DNA of 64,000 bases, taken from NCBI RefSeq assembly GCF_006345805.1, contig NC_042998.1, forward strand, positions 201,190,001 through 201,254,000, given 5' to 3'. Position 1 is the first letter of the stretch. Every line of letters begins with the position of its first letter. A program made the translations under genes and the position numbers. Under the pieces are notes generated by a model that worked only from the letters and a program-made list of their open reading frames with translations, did not search any database and had not been told where the DNA came from. Shown in pieces: positions 50,001 through 63,752 of this stretch. The stretch is from Octopus sinensis. Lineage: Eukaryota.

Positions 50001-50616
50001 TGCTTCAGAAGGAACACAAAGAACTACGTATATTCTTGTGGAAAAATATAGTAAAACAAACAAGAGAGGAAAACCATTACCATTATTTGCAAGAAAGAAG
50101 AGGAGAAACATTAGTGAGTTTTTTTTTTATATTTTGATATTTGAATATAATTTTCGTAATATAAATTCGGACGAATCACATTTTGTTTGCAAATAATAAA
50201 TTTAGAGAATCATATTTCTTCCGAATATATTCAGTCTAGTTTCACAATTATTTTTTTGACAAAGCAATATTTAGAAACCATTTAGATATTTCATATAAGA
50301 GATTTTATTAATATTCTTTCGTCGTATGTAATATTTCTTTAAAACGGAATTTTCTTTCATTCATTTTAATCTTTATGTGCTTATTGTTGCCGAAGAAAGT
50401 AAGCACATGCAATAAGCAAATGTAGATATAATGTATTATCTTTCGCATAATGAATGTTGTCATTGAATACGCAGCTGAGTTTAAAAAAGAGATGAATTTA
50501 AAAAAAAGCTATGATTGCAAACACTGAACTGAGGCAAAGGAAATTTTAAACAGTTTATATTTGGATTCAGAGGAGAACATTGTTTGAATTGTCAAGCAAA
50601 TTAGGGACACTAAGGA

Positions 50617-52089
50617 ATTCAAATACCTTTCGTGGTTTGCTACCTCAACAGCTCCTTTATAGGATCCAGTAGCTAAAGACATCATCAGGAGGAACCTCGT
50701 CCTGTTTCGGCCGCTACTACTCTACTGTTTTCGACGTGGCGGTGCACCCACCACCCCTCGGAGGTGTCTTCAGCTCTGGTGTTGAGTGCATTTCTTCTTT
50801 CTCCTTTTTTTCTTCTGTTCCGTGACCTCTTTCATGCAGTGTCAACAAATGACAGTGGGTGACTGACCATTCAGCCAAATTTCCCTTTAGATACCCGCAG
50901 GTAGGCTCCAGCAGCCAACACCAGCTAGTTGTTGCGTGATACTGTCTAAACTTCGGCTGGCCAATGGAGGGAAAGGGCGCGTAATCGTAGCCTGCGTCCT
51001 CTCTAAATCTGCTTTCCAACAGTGTCGTGTTAGTTTCAGTTCCAGCAGCCCCAGCGCCAACCAGCTGTTGGTGGTACAAGCTTTCAAACCAGGAGAAGGG
51101 GCGCCATGAACGAGACCGCTATCTGTCAATCAGCGATGATGTTAAGTGTCAGCCAGTCTCACCGAGCGAACCTATTTCCAAGTCGGCATGTTATGGCTTT
51201 CAAGTCCTTTCTGCTCTTCTTGCTTCAGTCATATATAGAAGCTGACTTTTTTGACAGCCTCCTGTATCCACCATATTACTTTTCTCAGCTCTGAGCTAGA
51301 AATGCAAACCTTCTTTTGCATAACGTTGTCATTTTCCTTTCAATGAAGCCTGTAGACCCCACTGCCAGCTGATAATACTCGACAGTCCATCCCTGTTCTC
51401 TGCACTTTTCGATTAATTTTTCGTACCACTTCTCCTTCTGTTGTTCTGCATTAGCGATGTTCTCTTCCTATGGCACTGTCAGCTCTAGCAAAATACCAAT
51501 TTTCCGTTCTCTGTTCCATACGATTAAGTCCGGTCTTTTTGTCGTTTTTATGAGTGGAAATATTAACAGTCTTTCCAAATCCATGGCCAGCTCCCAGTAA
51601 TTTATGTGAAGGTCTGGCCTTATGTTCTTTTCCCTCTTTCTGGAAATATATTTTTACGCACTTTTCGACTTTTTGGTACTCTCCCCTATTATATCACTCT
51701 AACTTCTCCTTGAGTGCTGCGCTTATGACGCCGAGGCCTTGATTGTGACGCTATGTATATTTGTCTATTGCTAGCCAGCAGTTTGACAGAACGTGTCTAA
51801 CGGTCACTTTCTCTCCGCATCTACGTTCATCAGTTGTGTGAATGTTCCACCGGAGTAAATTCGCCTGTGATGGTAAAATGTCGAAGGTAGACTTCATCAA
51901 GAATTATGTCCTTCCTGGTTCCTGCGACTGACCACATATTTCTCCCATCTAAGGCACTCTCCCAGTTGACTACATTGCGCCAAATGTACATTTCGCCTTT
52001 CTTCTTCCTCCTTTCTCAGTTCGTGTACAACTGCCTCTTTCATCTCTTTTACACTGCTCTTGCAAAATGGCCTGAAATTGTGCAACTCG
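50617..52089 (-). mobile_element. 5'-truncated HERO-like RLE non-LTR retrotransposon with ~600-bp 3' UTR
   Basis: AVVHELRKEEEERR...QLGECLRWE; PSQANLLRW; CGEKVTVRHVLSNC; RPDLIVWNRERKIGILLELTVP*EENI...YEKL...GW...VGSTGF. Flanked by a 33-bp direct repeat. Confidence 0.85.
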
Positions 52090-52647
52090 TTGAATTGTCA
52101 AGCATATTAGGGACACTAAGGATTTTGTTAAATTCCTACATACTCGTGCAAGCATATACAAACAGATACATATATTTATTGGGCCAAATATGAGATACTA
52201 CATTCAAAGGGATAAGTTGATTACATCGATACTATTGCTTGATTAGTACTGTATTTTATTGACCAAGAAATTACTGAAATTAAATTTCAACTTGGCTGGA
52301 TTTGATTAGAGAACGTAAAACGCCTAAAGAAAAAGAAAACGTTCTGACAGTTCCATAATTCCATGTCCTTATGACTGGGATTTATAAAAGGTTGATTTTT
52401 ATATATAGAAGTAGATGAATATAACTAAATATGTTTACACATTTTCCAACATCTCCCACTACTATCCGGCAGCATATATAATGGTAGCAATTTACTTAAT
52501 TATACAACAGTAATTTATTAATCAATTATACAACAGTACCGATTTTGTGCTAATATACGAAAAGTATGTATATATTTCCAAAGTATAAATTTCTGGAATA
52601 GTCATGTACCAAAACTTTCCACTATTTTGATATTAATAAGCTTGGTA

Positions 52648-53090
52648 AGGCGGTGAGCTGGAAGAGTCGTTACTATGCCGAATAAAAAAAAATTGGCGGC
52701 ATTTCGTCCATCTTTAAAGGCGGCGAGTTGGCAGAAACGTTAGCACGCTGGGCAAAATGCGTAGCTGTATTTTGTCTGCCGTTATGTTCTGAGTTCAAAT
52801 TCCGCCGGGGTCGATTTTGCCTTTCATCCTTTCGGGGTCGATTAAATAAGTACCAGTTACGCACTGGGTCGATATAATCGACTTAATCCATTTGTTTGTC
52901 ATTGTTTGTCCTCTCTGTGTTTAGCCCCTATGTCGGTAGTAAAGAAATAGTTAATTCTTCCGTCTTTATGTTCTGAGTTCAAATGAACCGGGGTAGATTA
53001 AATAATTAGTAATTATGTAATGGTGTCGTTATAATCGATTTATCTCCTCTTTCGAACATGCCAGGCTTGTGTCAAAATTTTAAATCGATA
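52648..53090 (+). mobile_element. Family-A SINE (52718-52949) nested in an older related SINE
   Basis: Old head aggcggtgagctgg at 52648; full young copy inside; old body resumes ccgtctttatgttctgagttcaaat. Confidence 0.8.
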
Positions 53091-53639
53091 GTAATTGTCT
53101 TAGTATATGTGTCATTATATGATCACCTTTTGTTTAACGATTTGCCCTTTCACTAGCAAATAAGTCCACCATACATTGATCTGGGATCCGTATCTTTCAG
53201 TGCTGCATGAAGAAGAAAAGAATATATAGTATCCTAACAAATACGTTTGTTATCTTTCTTCAATCTAAAGCAAAAACTTATCAACATTTTTTTCTAAGAA
53301 GGTGGGTAGGGTTACATTGATATGTTATATAAATATATATATATTTCATTTAATACGTCTTTGGTACTAGATGAATGTTCGAAAGTGGAATGAGCCTTTT
53401 CACAGTTCTTTATCTAAAGATCAACCACTTTTGTAACATGTGCACGTGTAAATGTACGACCATTTCTCGGTTGAGTATTTGGAATGATCAATTGGGGCGA
53501 GTTATGTTGCTTGTAATGAGAACTGATCGAATTACCTGAATTTCAATTCATCTCTGCTGAATTACACCTTAGAATTTCGGTTGAAAATTCAGAATAAATG
53601 ATGAATATTTTCACACCTTAAACAACCTTTAATTAAAAT

Positions 53640-53728
53640 GCATCATCATCAGCAGCAGCATCGTCACCGTTATCATTAGTATTATTGATATTATTAATAT
53701 TAGTAGTAGTAGTAGTAGTAGTAGTAGT

Positions 53729-53816
<88 letters not shown>

Positions 53817-53936
53817 ATTGTGGTGGCGTGGCGGCGGCGGCGACGGCGGCGGTGGCAGTGGTGGTGATTGCGGCGGTGGCGGCGACGGTGTGGTGGCGGT
53901 GGTGGTGGTGGTTGTAATAGTAGTAGCAGTAGCAGC
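53640..53936. repeat. Compound trinucleotide array (CAT/CAG/TAG/GGC/GGT)
   Basis: Direct reading. Confidence 0.95.
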
Positions 53937-54379
53937 ACCTTTCAGCAGCATTTTCTTTCTAAGAAATCTCGATTGTACTTGGTTAATTCTGTACGTCCAG
54001 GCTGTAAGTTGTTGCCAAAGATTTCACAGGCTCTCTTCTCACAGTTCCTTTCTTCATTTCGGCCATCTTTACTTTCTTTATTGAATCTCTTTTGAGGTCG
54101 ACGTTGTCTTCCGTCACTTTGGCTGTCGATAAAATGAGTACCAGTTAAAAACTGGGGTTGACTTAATTGCTTTGCCCACTACGTCGTAATTGCTAGCCTT
54201 GTGATACAATTTGAAGTTATTCCTGAGATGAGATTCCGCCGACGTCATCTTTGCCTTTCACTACTTCGCGGTCGATTAATTAACCGCCAGTGAAACACTG
54301 CAGTTGATGTAAACGACACATCCCATCCCCCAAAATGGCTGCCATTAAGGCGAAATTTGAAATCATTATTATTCTTTCG

Positions 54380-55720
54380 TAATACAGTTACGATCCAAGA
54401 ATGAGGCATCATATCATGACTTCTTAAAGTCAATCCAAGCCATAGACAAATTTATATGATATTTTTTTTTTTGCAATGCCTGAAAACTATTCTATCAACG
54501 AGCAGGTGATCTTTGGTACTCTGAGATCTCTTCCTACATCCTTTTTGTTCCATTGGTAGTATTTCATCATGTGCCAGGAAAGTATGGTCTTTGCCGCATA
54601 TATTCCCTGAGTATCTGCCAGATTATATTTAGGCATGCTACGGGACGGTAGTTTCCCACAATATTCCCCTTTCTGCTGTCCTCCCAGTCTCCATCCACGC
54701 GGGTACTGTACCTTTCTGGACACACTTATTCAATTGAGCGGCTAGTCTTACATGCACGGCGTGGCATCTCTTCAGCCAAAATCCATGAATCCCATCTGGT
54801 TCGGGGGCTTTCCAGTTAGGCACGTTAGCCACTCTTCTTTCACGTCACCCGTGCTTATGACAATAGTCAATTGTTTCTTTCCTCCTTGTAATTCTGTCTT
54901 GATAATACCTATCCACATTGCATCCCTTATATAAACCACATTGTTTCCCAAAACCCGATCCAGAATTCCTTGCATGAGGAGCAACATTTTCCCCATTGTC
55001 CCCTTCTAACGTTCCGAAGAATTGCTCAGGTTTATTTTTGAACAACCTGTTCTCCTCAAACTGCTTCTTTATATTCACAAATCTTCTAATCTTCTGGATT
55101 TTTGATACGACCCTTTGTTTTGCCTGCATCAAATACTGCTTCAAACCCGTTCTTCCGTATTTTTCTCTAATTTCTCTGGGTCGGTTTTTCCACCATTTTT
55201 CCAGTTTCTTCTTAACCGTTGCTGAATTTTTACTAGATCTTGCCTTGCCCACATTATGTCTCTTTCAATGCATCGTTTCCACCATGGTTCTTTTGTTCCA
55301 CCATTTTTTCTCCTAAGTTGTGATTCCTCCTCAACAAGTAGCGCAATAACTTGGAGAATATACTTTGTTTGTGCTATGTCCTCTATCTGGATGTATGTAT
55401 GTATGTATGTATGTATGTATGTATGAGAGTGTTTAAAATCTGCGTTACTTTATTTATCATACTCCTATCTACTCTTCATGAGGATTTTTCTTCTGGAAAA
55501 CTGAAGTCGGTGAGTCGTCTTTGAATTTCAAGCAAATCCTTATCTAGGTTGTTCCTTTGCCCTACATGTTCACCCACCACAGTATAACGTTCCTTTTCTA
55601 CATCCTTAAAAGCTTCATCACCATTTCCTTGATGCTCCTATCTACTCTTCTCTATGCCTCCCCGTCTCTGTTTTCAAGTCCCACCATCCTTTGAAGCCCG
55701 TCCACAGAGTCTCTCAGACT
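54380..55720 (-). mobile_element. R4/Dong-like 5' half (N-terminus to RT2/3), decayed, with (TATG)n insertion
   Basis: KQRVVSKIQKIRRF..NRLFKNKPEQFF; PNWKAPEPDGIHGFWLK...VPAWMETGRT; YDMMPHSWI. Confidence 0.8.
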
Positions 55721-55789
55721 CTCACTAATCCGAAATATTTCTACTCCAGTTAAGTAACCCTTCCTCCGAACCACTCTCAATTGGTCCAT

Positions 55790-56800
55790 TAGTATATTTT
55801 CTGACATTGGACACATGTCCTTTTTCATCCAAAATACAGTAGAGATGTGTAAATCCCTTCTGTAAGTGACTTTAGGGCTTTCGCAGGGTTGGACTTGACT
55901 TCACCGAGTGCTACAGCTAACTTTTGGTGGGTGCGCATTAAAGAGTTTAGCCAAAAATTTGGATTCTTATCTATATCTGAGGATTTCCATTTATTTAACT
56001 TATCGAACGCCGCTTTCACTTCTTCGGTTGTTATATCCTGCTATTCCTGATATTTGAGGTGGGCAGTGGCCCCTTTTATGCTCCTGGCCCAGCGTGCCTT
56101 CTGATTAAACTCCAAATATTTTTCCAAAAATCTTCAGATTGCTGCTGGGGAGGATGTTTTTTGACGATAATGGCATTTTTCCCCAGTTTCCAGTAGAAGT
56201 TTTTTTGTGTTCTCCTTGTATAGTATGTTTTGTCTATGGAATGCTGAGCGTTTTTTGTAACTTGCCAATAATTTGGTTTTTAATTATAGTTTTTGTTTGA
56301 TGATGTGAATCTGTGTATCCTTCATTTATTTGTAAAGGTAATGTTCAGCAATTATTCTTCTTAGTTTGTTGGGTTTATTAGCTTTCCATTTGCTTGCTTC
56401 AAGTATAAATATATATCTATTCTTAGGCTGGATTATTCTCCCGGTTTATTCTTTCCATCCATGCTGGCTGTATATATACATTGCATCTTTTTTTGCCTAT
56501 CTCTAATTCTAATACGGTATTTCTGAGTTAAAACATAAGTCGCTGAGTAGATGTGCTGATCAATGACTCCGAGTGCATTTTCTCTACTATTTTCAAGTTG
56601 TCGTACCAAATTTCCAAGTGGTTGATTAACTTCTTTGATTACTTTTCTGTTATTATTAATATTAAAAACGCTGGGAATTGGAGATCTATCGTGGAAAGGT
56701 TGATGTAGTTGTATAAGATATTGTTCTAGTATTCCATCTAAAGCTTCATTGCTGACGTGGTGATTTATAGTGTTTTTAATATCAACTGGTTGTCCACCTT
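55790..56800 (-). mobile_element. Second R4/Dong-like 5' half from a different family, decayed
   Basis: QPAWMERI; FHRQNILYKENTKK; SEDFWKNIW; KLNKWKSSDIDKNPNFWLNSL. Confidence 0.7.
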
Positions 56801-58262
56801 CTTACAGTTCCGTGTACACTGTTTGCTTGTTTGAGTTAGTGATTTCAGAGCTTTTTCTCTGTGGGTATAAGTGAGTATATGTCATACTGAGAAAATTAAA
56901 TGTATTTAAAATTGTTTAATGCTTGTAACAAGATTTTGAAAAGCTTGCCATTAAATGCTGTATTTATAATCTTGTTAAACGTTTTATTACAACTTCACGC
57001 ACACGTCCAATTCGAAAACGTCTACAAATACAAATTCTACATATACTTTAACAACGTACATATGGAAAGCGGGGTATAATTTACTAATCTATATGATAGA
57101 AAGAGCTAACCATGGTGAAATCAACAACAGCAGTACTACCAACCATCAACCGCCAACAAACAGCAACGTTGATAAGGTCATTGAATACAAATGTTTCGTA
57201 TTCCTTTCGCAAGGTCATTGAACACAAATATTTCGCATTCGTTTCGCCAAAAATAGTAGCAAAAACCTTAATGTACAGTCATAAAAAGAGGAAACATTGC
57301 ATGACTCGAGGTACGCTATACTTGCAAGATGGAAAAACATGATAAATACAGAACACTTATTTATAAAATATATGCTCGACTATGATACAGGATTTGCTAA
57401 CATTTTTGCAAAACACTAAACAAACAAGTGTTGTATATATTCTTATGTTAAAATGTACTATATCAATTCTCATGCTCTAAGAATGTGCCTATAACTTATA
57501 AAACACACTGTACTTTCAGTATTTCACAAAACATAACTTCAGTGAAATATTTCCAAAGAGCAACACCAAAAAATAAAAAATAAATGCATACTCCAAATGA
57601 GGCTATCAATAAATTTATAGAAAATTCCTAGTTTTCATGGCATTATCAGCGCAAAAGAACATTCTTTAGTTAAGCTCTAACCCCTTAGAATATAACTCAT
57701 CAATTTGTTTTTCATGCAGTTGATCATAAATAACCGTAAGAGATTGAGAAGTGGATAAACATAACAGAAAGACAAAACAATAAATGTGATAAAAAACTTT
57801 TCACAATCTTCAAGTTGATACATCATATCGTAAAGGAGGACGATATTAAGATTGCTTTCACCTTTATCTTGGTTGAATATTGAAAAGTTAGATATTAGAA
57901 TATTAGGAAATGAAACATATTCACATTCTAAACGGAGAGAGAAAGTCGAATCTAAGTAAACATGGCTACCGAGAACCAAATATAGATTATTATGTAGATA
58001 ACAATATATATATATATATACATACAAACATAACTAAATATATACATTGGTAAGTATAAATTTATGTATATGAATACATGCATGCCTGCCTGCCATGTGC
58101 CCTTATAGAAGATTTATATGGGTAGGGGAAAAGAAGCGCTATGCACTTCAGAATTTAAGTATTCAGATTCTATATTTCAAGATAAAATATTTAATTACAT
58201 TCTTAGAGGTTAGAGGTCCTGTTTGCAAGGGATATTCATACATAGACAAGCAAATACGTGCG

Positions 58263-58332
<70 letters not shown>

Positions 58333-59202
58333 CGTGTTTGTGTGTGTATGAGTATGTGTGTGTATATGTATGTATGTATGTATGTATACGCCCATTTGCA
58401 TATACGTACATATATATATATATATATGCGTGTTTGTGCTACATTGCTACATTACACCGACTATTGCTGTCTCCTTCTTCTTCCCCGCTGTCAACAACTT
58501 TTCTAACTCCCTCACGCTACTTCTCCATCACGTTGCAGATCTGTATGTTTTCAACCATAGGCCAAGGACGAAAACTGTAAATTGCCACGCGCTTTTAATT
58601 ATTGTGATATGCACACGTCAGCACTCTTCTATCACTTTGAGATTTTCAGAAGATGGCATAAGAAATAAGGTAACCATAAATAACCCCCTGCACTTCACTA
58701 GATTACAGTGATAAACGCTTGTACAAGAGTAGAACAACTCTATAAGACACCGTGATTAGTACCAAGGAGCAAGCTGAAGCGAGATGTTGTGAAACTGCAA
58801 TTTTCACATTAGAGTGTCTAACCCCTAAAAGGATTCTGTGTCAGTAGTATGGTGTATTTCGTCCTCACTAATTTTACAGTATACTGTGACACCAAGGAAG
58901 TTCATTTCTACGACGTCTCCGGATTCAGATGGAACGTCACCACGAAGAATAAGAAACACACACACACACGCGCGCGCACACCCACACCCACACGCACACC
59001 CTCACACACACGCACACCCATACACACACACATGCATCTGTCTATTTATCTATCGATCTCTGAATCTATATTTTCATATGTGTGTGAATATCTGTATGTG
59101 TGAATATCTGTATGTGTGAATGTGTGAGTCTGTATGCATGTATGTATGCTTGTACGTATGTATGTATGTATGTATGAGTGTGTGCTGTGTGCACGCATAT
59201 AT

Positions 59203-59243
<41 letters not shown>

Positions 59244-59636
59244 GAAAGAATGGAGTCGAAGGAAGATTTTAACAAAATTCCTTTTCTCTCGACACATGTT
59301 TCGAAGACGGCACACTTTTAATTCCGAACATGAATTTGCTACCCAGGTATCGGTTAACCGAATTTGCCATGCTAGGATAATTCATTCACCTACTTATATA
59401 TATATATACACTCTTCCAATACGTTTCTTCTGCTTTCTCGATAAAGGGTACTCTTCTGCTTCTTCGTTTGGCTTCTTTACCATCGTTGTACAATTTCATG
59501 GACTTTCCGCATCATATTAATATGTTTCATTTTCAACATCGCACTTTTGCATATTTGATTATTTGTTAATACTGTTTGTTAATTTGCCTCATCATCTCGT
59601 GTGCGTGCGCGCTCCCATGTTTGTTGATGTGTGTAC

Positions 59637-59670
<34 letters not shown>

Positions 59671-59671
59671 T

Positions 59672-60203
<532 letters not shown>

Positions 60204-61890
60204 TTTATTGTGCATGTATATATCTATTTAATTCCTGTGTCTGCAGAGAGAGGTTGTTTTCATACCCTTTGTAGTCCGTTGTGGTCACCGGTGTTAATGA
60301 TGTGATTAATCATCTGTTTACACTGTTGTTAGCCAATGCCTAAGCATAAGATCCGAGCCGGAAGGATATTCTTTATGCTAACGATAATAGAAATTCTTTA
60401 TTTTTTGAAGCCATTGTTCTGTTCATCCAGTTGGTGCTGTCTGTGTCTTTGCCAATGTTTTCACTATTATTATTATTGTTTAGCTACCGCTCAGTCCTGA
60501 TTCAGAAGACATGTAACGAAAGTTATTCAAGCCATAAACATAAGCAATGTTTAACATAAAACTGAATCCAAAATTTGCTTTCTTTCGTTTGTGCAATATT
60601 TTGTTTCATGCAGATGTTGACACTATTCATAGCTTGTTGCGTTATAACATATATGCTATAAAATTGTCAGCACAGTTTAAATTGTATTTAATATACTTTT
60701 TCTCTGACTGTGTGTCCTTGTCTCTTTCTCCAATGCCATCTATCAAATTTCCTCTATCTCTATATCTGTCTGTGTATATGTGTATATTTATGCACACACC
60801 CTAATATGTATGAGAGTGTCTTTTATGAGTGCTAATCCATATATTTACATGATTCCGTATGTTTTATATGTGTTTGTGTATGGATGAATGTAGTTTTCAT
60901 TTAGTACAATAAATTTGTGGCAACAAATTTTAAAATGCATTTAGTAGCTACGGTAGAGATTTATTGCATTTGCTGCATGATGGATTGACTGTTTCGGATT
61001 TTTCTTCTTCGGTATTTCATGTTAAAGAGAGTACATTAGTTAGGTATAGTTCATCTTTCGTGACCATATTTCAAATGACAGTGATATTCCATTTTATCTG
61101 TGAGTGGTAAGGAATAACACATTTTGAGTGCACACGAACGAAAAAGAATGCTAAAATGGCCGACATCCTGTTTATAACTTGAAGTGTATTTACGTCTGTA
61201 ATACAATCTCTAATGACTTGATGTAGTAATCTGTGTATTATGTGCTTCCTGGTGCAACAGATGTTACGATGAGACACATCAGTTTTATTGAATGAACTTA
61301 CTTTTGTACATTCGTAATTTGTGTTCAAAGTATTGGAATCGAAATACTTTGTGTTCAAAGTAAATGGAATCGATATACAGAAAAGGGGCATAAAACAATA
61401 TTGCATTTGCTCCTCGCATAAGGATCTTTTGAACACATGAAGGGCTAATAATTGGCTATATGTCGTGTTCAATAAAACGAAGTGCGATGTGATATTTACA
61501 CCTGCATTTTACATACCTTGAGTTGTTTATAATCCAATGCTTTTTTAGTAACTTTTCAGAGAGAGGTTATTTTACCGATTCGGGTCTTGACACGTGTATC
61601 ATCAACAAGTTTCTACATAAAAGTGATATTGCGATTTATAAATTGTGGTTTAGTTCCAGTGACTCACATTTGGGCCTTATTAATTACAATAGTTGCAATA
61701 AATTGTTCTATTGATTTATATTATTTGTGACTTAATCTGAGATCAAGAATTGTGAAGAATCTGTTCACAAAATCTTGCAAGGTATCTGCAGAGACCAAAC
61801 AGGTAGCTGAATATTAAGCCAATGCCTGTCGCTCAAACAGACTTTGTACATCTAGTTAACGGTCCTGTATTTAATCTCTAATTATGTTTT

Positions 61891-62094
61891 AATGGCCGAA
61901 TCGTTAGGACGCTGTTATTTCGTCTGCTGTTATGTTCTGAGTTCAAATTCCGCCGAGGTCAACTTTGTCTTTCATCCTTTCGGAGTCAATTAAATAAGTA
62001 CCAGTTACGCACTGGGATCGATGTAATTGACTTAATCCCTTTGTCCCTGTTTTTCCCCTCTATGTTTAGCCCTACAGTGGGCAATAAAGAAATA
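61891..62094 (+). mobile_element. Family-A SINE with degraded head
   Basis: tatttcgtctgctgttatgttctgagttcaaattccgccgaggtc...aataaagaaata. Confidence 0.85.
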
Positions 62095-62749
62095 AATATG
62101 TTATATGTTGAGAGAAGAAAACACCCTGTTTGAAGACTTAAGTGCATGTCTTTCAGGGACAGTAGTGTAAATGACGATGCGAGGATTCATGGTTGACTCC
62201 GAAATTCAATCCTATTTATCTGCTTATCCGTTAGATTTCAAGTGTATACTATTCATCAAACAATCACAAACAAGCTCCTTGAGGCTGATGATTTTAGGTA
62301 GGTAACAAATACAATGTATAATGGTCTTAAATATTTATATTAGGTCAAAGGTGTGTGGCTTCTTGAATACTTAATGATAATAGAACAGCTTCAGTCAGGC
62401 CAAGCACTTGTAGTAGCATCATGAACAACATCATCACAATCAACTACGTAAACAAAAGGATTCAATAACATGTTTTCGCCGCTCCTGACCTGTCAGCGGC
62501 CAAAGACACAGAAGACACAGAATAACAAATACAACCCAGCAGGATTACTGATAAACAACTGTAATTACTGGAAGATCTACTACTTTCTGTGAGTAATTTG
62601 AATTTCCCTCAAAATAAGTTAAAGAATTCCAAACCTACAGTTTGGGACAAAAATTTTAGAATCATAAATATCTCCATTTTTTGTGTGAACATTTTGCCGT
62701 CACCTCTTCCTTGAGTATCAGATTATGTAAAATGCCTTTATTGTAACAA

Positions 62750-62807
62750 CACAATTAAATGCACGCTAAAAGTATGATACCACAATTAAATGCACGCTAA
62801 AAGTATG
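62750..62807. repeat. 31-bp tandem duplication
   Basis: cacaattaaatgcacgctaaaagtatg occurs twice. Confidence 0.9.
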
Positions 62808-63752
62808 GACGTAAACACCAGTTAACCTTTATCTTCTTCTTGACATACCTTTTATTGCAATCGCATTATTAAACACGTGGAGAATAAGAAGAAAAAAAAG
62901 AAAAAGAAAAGAAAAAATACTATTTATAGTTTCGCTCTGCTCGTACTGACTCTATTCACAAGTACTGTTTATAGTCGGCCCCTCCTTTGATTTTTCTCAA
63001 AGTCAAGGTCACTGTTTCACAAGTTCCATCAACACTGTTGCGGTCAATTTGAACTCTATTTGACCGACCGTTCTTCATCTCACTTTATGAGCTATTACTA
63101 CTGCTGCTATCAGAATTTACTGCAGTTACTACTATCGCTACAATTAGAAACATTCAAGTTGACGATGACACTGAAATGTCTTTCCCCGTGTCTGAATTAT
63201 ACCGGTGGCACCAACGAAAAATTCCTTTCTTTCTCTGTGCTGGGAGAAAAGAGAATTTACTATAAAAACAAACCCCCAGCCCTCCCGCTAACGTATAATT
63301 TACTTTAAAAAGAAATACTTTAAAAGGGAAAAACATGAGGAAAAAAAAGAAAAATTAATAATCTAATTTAACAATAGACAAAAACATGTGCCTTCTCGCA
63401 CATAAACACAGTATTCACACATATACAAACATGCGCAGATGCAATTATTGAAGTACTAAATGGCACGTCAAATGATATTTAATCGTGTGGAACATGTTAC
63501 ATGCATATCAATATTCTAAAGTTTGGACATACTATCCCTTATCCTAAAGCTGCTTCAGACAATTAGGAAGGGTTCCCGACTCGTTGCACCGTCTGCTTTC
63601 AATCTTGGATTGTGATTCGGCTCAGCCCAAACTCTCTCAGATTTTGTCTGCTGTTGCCTACTCCTACAAGGATTGCACCTGTTTTTTGTTCCTGATTTAA
63701 CCCCGATTTGTCCTAGAGCCCATAGAAGATTGTTTTTAGTCAACCATCCATC

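Noticed and set aside
61071-61472. 133-aa ORF
   Set aside because: No recognisable domain; contains a 30-bp tandem duplication and AT-rich non-coding-like composition.
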